Shown one piece after another: positions 25,842 to 36,900 of a stretch of 64,000 nt of DNA. The position numbers and the translations under genes are program-made. The stretch is from Strigamia acuminata (lineage: Eukaryota): the NCBI GenBank assembly GCA_949358305.1, contig OX442314.1:17298001-17362000 (forward strand), read 5' to 3'. Within the stretch, counting starts at the first letter, position 1; every line of letters begins with the position of its first letter. Below the pieces are notes generated by a model. It made no database searches, was not told the origin of the DNA, and worked only from the letters and a program-made list of their open reading frames with translations.

Positions 25842-26486
25842 GATATAATTTGTGTAATGTTATTATTAATGTGTGCTATTGTAATTCGTATAAAGATGTA
25901 CCGAGCAGAGAGTATAGATGTGCGGTAAGATTTGAATTGAAGTTGCATTTATTTTTCTAATGAAATTGTAAGCGTTGTTTAATCAATTACGGACAATCGC
26001 ACGTTTTAATGGAATTGTCTTTTGTTGATTGTTAATAAAAATATCTCATCCAATTTATTTATTTTTTGTCATTTATTACTGAATGGAAATAACGGAAATC
26101 AACGCCGTTCGCTTCTCGGTTTGCCCTAACCCCAAATCTTTTGATTTCCGTTTGAAATGGAGCTCGATTTAGTAACACTCAAAAGTCAAAATCAGATTGA
26201 CAAATTTCCAAGCAAAAGAATATTTTAAAACTAAATTCTCAACAGCTACGGCGCTTTTCTTTTCGAGTTACAATATGGCGCCACCTGCAACATGTCACTT
26301 CCGGCCGCCAAGAAAAGCGGACACCTTGATTCAAAATTATTGCAGAAGTAGAAGTGTGATGAAGATGAACAGAGTTTCCAAGGTAAGTCATCAACAATTT
26401 TAAATTCATCTAGCGGCGGGATAAATCGTTTCATGTATTAACGAATCAAACAAACAATTTAAGCTGAATTTTTCTTTAATTGAAAT

Positions 26487-29400
26487 TCAAAGCGGTGGAT
26501 ATGTGGAATGACGCCGGTCTGATAGTTTTGGTAATTTAATCCGAGAGGTACTTCGTAGCGGTGTTGCCGTTCTTGATAGTTTAGTTGCGTCGTGTTTAGA
26601 GCTTTTAGCAGACTGAGAAACAATTTGACTTGTTGCTCTGGATTCTGAATCTTTTAGTTCCCATGCAGTCCACAGTCGTTTTTTACGATGTTTAATATTC
26701 TTCTTACTTTGTGGTTGAGTCTAATTAGAAGGAAATGTAAGTATTTAGTTGAAACGAAGTACAATTAAAATGTCTACTGCTTCAGTCATTTGTAAAGTCG
26801 TTGCAGTTTCGGACATTGATTGTCTCGCGATGAATTGTTCACGTTTCAATCTTAGTTTAAGTGATTTAGGTATTACTGGGACAAAAGTTTGAAATAAAAA
26901 AGTAATGCCTAATGCAATGTGCTGAAATAGAAAATTGTACAGCCCCCGGACAAAAGTCCTGCAACAGAGCAATTTTTTCACTTACTTCAAACTTTGATGG
27001 CATCTAGCATAAAAACCATGACAGCTAGAGCAATTAAACTTTAAAAATTGAAAAGCCCTATCTTTTTAGACTGGAATCACTTTATAACATCAGCTGAAAA
27101 CATCTTTATTCAGTACGAAAAAAACAAAAATAAAAAATACACCAGAGACAAAAGTCCTGCAACACAACAAAATTGGTACAAAAGTCCTGCAACTTCTGCT
27201 AAAACTCTCTTTCCCCTCAATATATGGGATTGGCATAAACCATACACGTGATATACTGTATAATAATTTGCATATTTGCAAGTGATTGCCTATCATTCAC
27301 TAATTTTGTAAGCAATAAGCTTTTTAAGCAATGGCTGCAAAATGCACACCTATTGAGTTCGGAGTGAGAAAATTAATAATTAAAAAGCATTCCGAAGGCA
27401 TTTCCAATGCACAAATTGCAAGTCAAATAGGAATTCATCGTTCGACTTTGGGCAGAATTATCAAGACTCATGAAGAAACCGGAAAATGCAATGCGAGATT
27501 AAGGTCAGGTCGTCCACGCCATACAAAAAGACAGAAGACAACATCCTCAGAAGTCTTGTGAAGAAATCCAGGAAAGATTCTGCCAGAAAAATAACAGCTA
27601 AATGGATTGATATAATAAAAAAACCTGTATCTGAAAAATTAACAAGGCGCCGACTCCAGGAAATGGGATATGGATTTCGAGTTGCAAAGAAGAAGCCACT
27701 TCTCACACGTGCAATGCAAAAAAAAACGAGTTTTATGGTGTCAGAAACATAAAGATTGGACTGTTTAACAGTGGAGACAAGTTATCTTCAGCGATGAGTC
27801 GCAATTTTGTTTGTTTAAAGATGGGAAAACTACAGTTTTAAGAAAAAAGGGAGAAGAATTCCATCCCCATTGCATTTCAAAGACTGTCAAATTTGCACCT
27901 GGGATAATGGTTTATGGAACCATGACAGTAAACGGACTTGGAAGCTTAGAAACTGTGAAACAAAGCATTAATGCAGAGGTTTACATCAATGTTTTGGATA
28001 ATTGCCTCATTCCAACCGCCAAACACTATTTTCCGGATGGCAGTTACATCTACCAACAAGATGGTGCGCCTGCTCATAGGGTGAAAGTATGGGAATTGAT
28101 GTGTTGGACTGGCCAGGAAACTCACCGGACCTTAATAGTATCCATCCCTAGAAGGATTACAGCAGTTTTGAAAGCTAGAGGTGGAGCCACGAAGTACTGA
28201 GAAGAAAGTTGCAGGACTTTTGTACCAATTTTGTTGTGTTGCAGGACTTTTGTCTCTGGTGTATTTTTTATTTTTATTTTTTTCGTACTGAATAAAGATG
28301 TTTTCAGCTGATGTTATAAAGTGATTCTAGTCTAAAAAGATAGGGCTTTTCAATTTTTAAAGTTTAATTGCTCTAGCTGTCATGGTTTTTATGCTAGATG
28401 CCATCAAAGTTTGAAGTAAGTGAAAAAATTGCTCTGTTGCAGGACTTTTGTCCGGGGGTTGTAGGTTAAAAGGAAACACTATTGTCCGTGAACAAACCTC
28501 ATAAACGATGAGAAATTTGTAACGAGATTTATCTATGTCTATGTCTCTGTAATCCGCTCTAAAATAATAAAAACAAACATACTAGTGTATTAAAATATGC
28601 TTGGTCAGAATTGGCCTGTAACATATCTGCTTTCAATTCTTACCTGCATTCTCCAAAAACCTTATTCATAATTATAGGATATGTTTGGTTAACGTAAGCG
28701 TTGAATTCATGATTGCTGTTCGAATAATGAAACACTAAACGTGGTATTAAGTCCGAGGTGAAAGCAATGAAAAAACCCTGAAATGTTACAATTTTTTTTA
28801 CATTAGTTTGCGCTTTTAGACTTCTAAACTCTATGTTTTTTAAAGTGTTACATACATTTGTAACAGCAGAGAGCACGGCAATTATCCTTAGTATATCGAA
28901 CCACACGTCTATGCCTTTTGCGTGCTGCGGAACAGGTCTGCGGCATCTGCAAATTAATTTCTGCGCATATCTTCGAATCTCTATAACGTTTTTGATCAGA
29001 GCAAACAGTGGGGCCAACGGAAAAGCTGATACAAACAGCGTAATAAAGGCGAATTGAAGAACTAAATTTAAGAGAAAAATGATCAAGTTTTGACTGCAGA
29101 CTTTGACAATCAATACCTATATCTAAATAGTTGTGCAAAAGTTCTTCTGGTTCATCTAATGAAAGATCTTGCTCCCATTGCAGTTCTGTATCTTTATAGA
29201 CTTCAGGTTTTGGTTTCGCCCACCAATCTTTAAGTTGACTGGTTAATTTGAGAGTCGAGTTGGTTTGGATAAATTTGGATAAATTTTTTTAGGTTCTTAA
29301 CTGTAATAGTTGCCAAGTTCCTTGTTTTGCAATAAGAAATACAGCTAACTGAATGGTCACGTCTAGAAAACATGAATTTGCTTCGCACTATATTTTTTTA

Positions 29401-32400
29401 AAATTATGGCATAATTTATTAGTGAGATGCTGAAAAGGTATTATTCTTAATTTTTAAAAAAATTTCGAGGACGACATCTTTTGTGAAGCAATCCTAAAAC
29501 GCCAATTTATTGCTTTGGTCACAAATTTGTGATATAAAGTGGGTCATTCAGACACGAGAAATTGTTGTTGAAGAAAGTAATTACATTTGATTGAAAAATT
29601 ATTTATCTATTCAACATAGATCTTGGGTCTGACGATAACTGCCAGTCCACAAAGTTTGCAATCAGACAAATTATGTCCAGAAAGTTTGCAATCGGACAGG
29701 TGACAATACGTAAATACAAATGCAATGAAAGATAAATGTTTTAAGTCAACAATGCACTAATGCAGGACTGTCCTGCCATCAAATGCTGTACACTAGAATC
29801 ATTATTTTTCACCAGTATGCTAGTAGGCTCCCACAACAACTCTGAATACTATTTATTATGCAAATGAGGAGTTTTAGCATCGCTTTTTATCCTCTTTTTA
29901 GATTACGTACGAAATCATTAGAAACCGCAATCAATCCTATTAAGGACGTAGACTCTACATCTGGGTTCTTAATATATCTGCAAAAATAATTTATAAACGA
30001 ACAGTAGTTGTCTTTACCGGCCTGCAGCAGATTTCACGATACGATATACTAACTTTGATTTTATAAAGGCACTGTAAAACAGTGGAGAAAAAAAATTGAC
30101 AAATTGAAATAAGAACAACTTAAAAATTAGATTAGTTTCGTATTCTGTTTCAGAGCGATGCATTTCTGTTTTAAAAAAAAAATAGGTTTGACAATTATTA
30201 CATAAATAAAGCGTGAATCGATTTACCCCAGTCTGTTAATGCCAATGCTAACTTGGTGTATACATTTCCTAATATCAAAATGATAGTAATTTGAACGATA
30301 GCTGCTGCAAGATGACCAATGAGTGTGAATAAACGTCGAAATTCTGGTCCACCATCCGCATTTGCATGATATGAGACAATTTTACGGATAGTAATTGAAA
30401 TCCCCAGGGATAAAATCGATATAGTAATCTGAAATTATTTTTCGGGTTTGTAATATGTAAAGCAACGTAAAAGTACTCCATTGCAATACCATCATTAGGA
30501 GACAGAAGCTAGTTAATACAAGTCGATAATGTTTCACAGAAATTGGAAAATATGGCTCAGTTCGTCCAGTAACTGGATTAAGCCGCAAAAGAGGAGCTTT
30601 CATGATGTAACTAGCTCTTGGACGTTGCTGTGTGCAATTTAAAAATTGAAAACAAATCTTACACACACATTTATATACACACATCAATGCACACTCTATT
30701 AATATACTAAAACAATAAAAGATAAAGATGTTTATCACACTTTTACGCTTATTTAGCAAGATTGTTGTGCCTAAGTCTGGCACATTGGTAATGGCTAATG
30801 TGCATCTTAAAATATATTTTTTTTATACAGTATATACCTCGTCCCAGACAACGTCGTGACAACTCCACTTATAGGCTAAGAGGGCACTGTCACGTTTCCA
30901 GTTGGCTAGGAACGTGTTCGCTAATTATACAACAATAAAAAATGATTATTATTACAAATTTACTATACTATACTATACTATACTATACTATACATATAAA
31001 TTACTAGTACATACCCCAGAGACAGGCGAAGATTGAAAAAATCACCATCGCAACGGAATCAAATATACCAGCAGCTTTGAAATAAACACACAGATCAGAT
31101 AGATACCACTTGGCACAATTTACACATCGTGGACACATCTCGTAACGCTCTTCACTTTTACAAGTATCATTGCTGTATCAGGAAAATTAAATATAATTTA
31201 TTGGTTATAACAATTGTGTGCTTAAATTGTATTGCTACAATACACTATGTGAAGTGACAAACTTTTATTGCTTTTAGTGCTTTTCTAGCTTTTGGTTTTT
31301 TTGTAAACAGCAAAAACAGAAGAGCCAACCTAAGAGAAGGCAAGATTATTTTCGACTTGGATTCCTCTCGATCAGAATTATTTTCGATTAGGATTTCAAT
31401 CAATTTTTTTGACTGCCTTTTTTTACCAGGAATATTTTTGATCCCAACTGGATAATTTTTGACCAGAATGATTTTCGACTGATAACATTTTCGCCTAGGA
31501 TTCCTTTTGATGATTCGACCAAATCGAAAATAATCCTGGTTAAAAATAAGCCTGTTGTGTACGAAACGAAATTTAACTAAAAAACGCACTAATTCGTTAA
31601 ATTTTCCATTTAACAAACAAACAAGCACGTTTTTATAGATGCGCCTGACGACAGGTGACTCCGCGCCATTTCTTCTTTATTACAATTTATCTATCAAACC
31701 AAGAATGAAAAATCCAGACTACCCGTGATTACATATATCACGACTCCCCATCTGACTTCTGGGGCAACCTTGTTGAATTTAATTGTAAAAATCAAAACTA
31801 AATCATCTCAATCATTTCAAAAATTACTCTAGGTGGTTTCTGTTGTTGGCTGTTTTTTGTGTCCCCTTTGTTTAGAAATACTTAAAACATCAAAACGGAA
31901 ACTAGGTGTATTATTCCAACAGGTCCCGTGATAGCGCTGTTAGGTGGTTTAGTCGTTTCTTTGTAAAGACTCCCGTAGACCACCATAATTTGAATTTAGA
32001 ACGGAATTCACCTAGTCTTGCCAGTTTAATGCTTCTGATTCTTACATCATTTTATTGCCAAGCATCTGATACACTTGAGTGGCGAAAATGATTATTCCAA
32101 ACACGGCAAATATAGTAAGCCAAGATGTATAAACGCCGAGGAAGGCGAAGTAAAAGGCAATTTTTTCGCCAAAATATTCTCGTATGTGATTAATCGGTTG
32201 ATATTTGTACCAGCGGCTCCACTTTGCCCAATAATGGTACAAAATAAATCTCATATTGTTGGTTTTTTCATTCGATTGCCTCCAATGACCCTGAGAATTA
32301 TAAAATTTATGGTAATAAATGCATCGCTAATTGCTTTATGATTACGTCATGCAAAGGATATGCAGCTTGAAATGCTTGTTGCTCTAACAAACGCTCAATA

Positions 32401-33668
32401 CCGACTTCTGACCTCCTCAATCGACCGTAATGACAAAGTAGTAAAATTTCATGAATTATGCGAATTCTTTGAGTAACACTAAAAAACGTTTCTTTTTGAT
32501 CCGACCACAAGTAACTGAGGAGTAACGTTTTTACAAGAAAGTATTATTATTAAATTGTTTTTGTTTTTTTTTACTTTTTCAATTTTTCTCGTCTAAATGA
32601 GGCAGTATAAAAATTGAGAGGTTCTTCTGGAACATACTGCATAAAAATATTTTTCATTCCTAAATTTTGTAAAACAATAGAAGACCAGTTTTGGCTAATT
32701 TCCGGCTGAATCTAAATTTCAGAAAAAAATTAAATATAAACTTAGAAGCAATAACATGTCAAAATCATTGCCTCCAAAGGAACCCTAAGTTGAAGTACTT
32801 CTGCATACTTAACCAACATGCTCCATGAAACGGAGAGTTTTACAAAATGAAGAATTTTCTTATGAGTAGTGACTATATCCTAATTGAAGAAGAAAACATT
32901 TGTAAAGTTGTGTGCTGCTTAAGAGGTTAATTACCTCTTCCATGTAAATGCCCGCATTCTGTAAATAGGAGAGAAAAGACTCCCGTTTGAAAAAAATGCT
33001 GTTTCTGTGAATGTTGCTTCGTCCGTCAACCGACTTTTCTTCACTTTCCGCCTGGATAAGATCAATTTCTAGTAAATGTTCTTCAGTTTCATCTCGTTCA
33101 AACATCAATACGAAATCTATTTTTTTGTTCGAAGAAATTTTGATTTAAATAGACAAATTTATCAACATTTGGTAATTAAAAATTGTTAATTTAATTTAAT
33201 TTAATTTTGTTAAATTAAAATGGGCAGCAAATGTGGATGATGTTTAAAATTTAAATAAAAATTACCAATTCTTTTTTTCCCATCATGAAAATACGTCGAC
33301 GGTCCTGTTTTGACAATTGGCATTCGAGTCATATGAATTGGATAAAATAAATCCGCCTTAATACGAGAACAATATTGGTGGATTTGTTATGTGCAGCAGA
33401 ATACACTTACAGCGGATCTTTTAATGAGCTCCTGTTCTTGCGTGTCGTCTAGATAAACGAGTTCAGCCATCTCTATATCGAGCAGTAATAACCGCCGAAT
33501 ATATTTGAAACCTGGCACACGGTATAGAGTTCTGTATAATAGGCTGCGATGAATTATTGCCGTGGAAATTGAATAATCGTCCGATACTCTTTGGGACTTG
33601 ATCGACTTGTTCCCAAAACTTGGACGTGCAAACCCAGATGGCTGCACTCTTGATGCTCTCCTCGACAT
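26487..33668 (-). CDS. Anoctamin/TMEM16 copy A: divergent ANO7-like gene with a degenerate Ca2+ site
   Basis: About 19 exons join without stops from [10 protein letters not shown] through [55 protein letters not shown] and [11 protein letters not shown] to ...RHSTYPPL*. One GC-AG intron (32712-32771) is required. Confidence 0.88.
26940..28461 (+). mobile_element. Tc1-like IR/DR transposon with an inactivated transposase
   Basis: TA at 26938-9 and 28462-3. Near-identical TIRs of ~255 bp, each with three ACAAAAGTCCTGCAAC direct repeats. Transposase motifs [45 protein letters not shown] are spread over shifting frames. Confidence 0.96.
27331..28200 (+). pseudogene. Tc1 (DD34E-type) transposase pseudogene
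   Basis: Frameshifts near 27525 and 27725, an in-frame TAA near 27766, and a deletion after SPDLN that removes the catalytic Glu region. Confidence 0.92.
30961..30992. repeat. (TACTA)6 microsatellite in an intron of copy A
   Basis: Read directly from the sequence. Confidence 0.9.
31345..31530. repeat. Degenerate array of TTTTCGAC/TTTTTGAC motifs, probably a transposon remnant
   Basis: Repeated ATTTTCGA(C/T)/ATTTTTGA(C/T) motifs inside an unusually long intron of copy A. Confidence 0.45.
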
Positions 33669-33995
33669 TTTTTTGTCGTGAAGTTTACAACCGAGTTTAC
33701 TAACAATAATTAAGCATGAATATATTTTCTTTGTTGAATAGAAAATTACTACGTGGTGTTTGTTTGAGAGAGTATTTTAGTAACAAATGAAATTAGATAA
33801 AAGGAATTTTTATTTACAGTTAAAAAGAGTTTTATACAGCAAAAGGAGTTTAAAGCAAGAAAATAGTTGTTGTTTATTTTGTTAAATATATATATTTAAA
33901 AAAAAAGAAATACAATATGAATCGTGGTTACATAAATTTTTATATATTTTTACAATGATTAATTGCGAATCGTTTTCGCAAAATTTGTTTAAAAA

Positions 33996-36900
33996 TTAAT
34001 ATTGCTTCCTGTATGTCTTTACAAGCGCCACACGAGTTTCCCACTGATCGGAATCAGAACTATCATCATCTTTTTTACTCGCCCCCTATTGGGGGCATCA
34101 CAAACGTGAAAAGTGACGATTAGAATTGAACAAAGAATAGAAAATGTTTAGAAGTATTTATTACTCACTTTCATGATTTTATCCGAATCTGCCAAAGCGT
34201 GTTTTGCTAAGTAAGTCTCTCTCTTAATTTTTAACTCGAGACTACTTGTAACGTCGGGAACGAGAAAATCAATAAGGCGACAAATGCCAAATACCACATG
34301 CTAGATATAATTAAATAGAATCTTTTTTTGTAAAAATAATACTAATAATAAGTTTTTACTTCGAAAACGATAACGAAAGCAAATCGGATGGCAAGTAATT
34401 CCCAATAGAAGTATGTTAGTTTTCCTTTTTCGTCTCTGAAATCACGGTATCGACATACTTCGGTCGTTGTACCTTTCGGAGCATACGACAAAGTAAAGTT
34501 TATGTAACCCTCTAAACTTCCGAAATGTGCTGTGTAAAGTGTTTGGGGAAGCCATTCCGATGTAAATGCTGTGAGAAATGCCTATGGACAAACCAATTCG
34601 TTAATAATTAATATAATAGATCAACAACAGTCCTTACATTACTAATTACTGCCAAATGGGCTAAAGCTTTTAATATTGTAAACCAGACTCCTATATTTCT
34701 TGCTCGTTCTGGTACAACTCGTCTCGTTTCACACACGAATTTCTGCGCATCCAATCTTATTTCCACCCAGTTGTTTAAAAGTGCAAAAAGTGGCGCTAAT
34801 GGAAAGGCGGCCACGAATATTGTGATTAAGCCGAATTGCTGGACTAAAACAGCGAGAGATTATTTGTTTCCGCCCTGTGTTGCCAATATATCTTTCTAAA
34901 ACTCACCCATTTCCAAGTATTCGTTTAATAAACTTCGGTTTTCAATCAGTTGATAATCCGTCTCCCATCTGGTTTCGTCCCTAATCTCGAGCAATTTCAT
35001 AACCTTTTTTCTATGTCGCCATGTTTTGAATTTTCTAGCAATTGTTTTCTTACCTTAAGTGGTTGTCTTACATTAAAATGTTTTGTTTTAAGACCTACGG
35101 AATTAAGATTTCTTGTGCGTTGTTGATGGTTTGTTTGCCAATCATCATAACAATGAATTGTTCGGTAAGTTCAACTAAACAGCCACTATTACCACACTAG
35201 ATTGAAGGACCAAAATGAAACAAATATTACACAAGTCACTTCCTCTGTATTTAATTTATAATTACGTCTTCTTGTCTTAATCCTAAAACGTAATTATAAT
35301 GTCCGGGGTAACCAACAAATCTAAATTTCAGAAAAATATGAGAAATGATTATCATTAAAACGATACAGCGTACAACGAGAATCATACTTCCCCTTGAAGA
35401 ATGCAAGGTAGATAATAGCCGAATAAAAATTGAAGAATTGAAAAAGAAACACTTTAAAAGTGAGATTGTCTTCAAATTCAGTTTGTGTCCTATGCATTTC
35501 TACGAATAAAAAAATTTAAATTAAATTTGAAAATGTAAATACTTTACTCCGTTGATTTTACCCCATTCGGTGAGCACGTACGCCAATTTGGTATAGATTC
35601 TACCCAAGATCATAATGCAAATCAAATTGACTACAGCACCAGTCAAACTGGCTATTATGCTTGCCTGACTCCGAAGCTTTTGGTCTTTAAAAAGGGGAAT
35701 GCTGACGAGCACCCTGTACATTATTATTGCACCAATAAAAATAATGACTAGACAAGTCTAAGGAAAAGTACGAAATTATCATTTTTTTTATATAGAACAT
35801 TAACTGCACAGTACCATGACTAATGAGGCTCCTACACCTGCCACCATTCTTTTTTTTGTTAGACCTCCTGGGAAAGCGGGTTCCCTGATACCAGTAACAG
35901 GGTTGCGTTCCATTAACGGAGCTTTGGCTGTAAATTCTGGACGGGGTCGTTCCTGAAATCAAATTGATTGAAAATTGATTCGACTGAAATTTGACTTTGA
36001 GCAAGAACGTTAAGCACCTCTTCTTTGGCATAATCTGAACAGTCCCAATGATATGCTAAACTTGCACTCTTCTTTTTCCAGTATTGAAGAAATGAAACGG
36101 CTGCAATAGATTATGGTTGTTTGCCGTTATTTTTGAGTAATTTGATAGGATGTTGGTACATTACCCCATAAGGCAACAAATATGGCGTAATACACGGTAC
36201 CGGGATGGTCGAATAAGTAAGCGATGGTACTTAACACGCAGATTTCTGACAAACTCCAATGTAAAGGGCAACCGACTTCTTCAATGCATAGCGGACACAT
36301 TTTAAAGACATTTTTACTGCGGCATATTTCTTTTCTACAAATAATTGAAAGAGATCATTTTTACCAGTCATTTAGGTTTCAATTAATGCAGGTGGTCCAA
36401 CTGGCTTCAGTACAGCCACACATCTTGACAAATGTTTGCTGAAGTTGGACACCCCCGCTTTAATTAATGATGAGATAACTCACGCTGGTAAATACGAATT
36501 TATTGTATAAATCCCAGACACAAAAACGAGTATACCAACTATTGCGGCTGGAAGCAACCATCCAGTGTAATAACCTGTAAGAAACCGATGCTGATATTCC
36601 ATAGTTGCAATATGTATTCTATACTTGTGTTTGCCTAAATATTGTAATAATCTATGGTTAAGTCTGTATGAGTCATTTGAAATGCAAAAAAAAAATCCTT
36701 GTAACAATCTTTGGTTTGAAACATTATAAGTTGCAACAAAGTCGCGCGGGGGGTTGGCGCGCATGCGCAAGTTCGCGGAACTTCCGGTATGGACGTTGGT
36801 GTCGGTCGTGTGCCAAAATAAATTTGTTTTAAATTCCTAATTATCAATTGAATTATCAATTGAATCCAGATTATTCACCAAAGGTAAGGGGCGTAGGACG

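Noticed and set aside
31245..31628. 127-aa minus-strand ORF inside a copy A intron
   Set aside because: It is low-complexity translation of a degenerate repeat array, with no ATG start or known motif.
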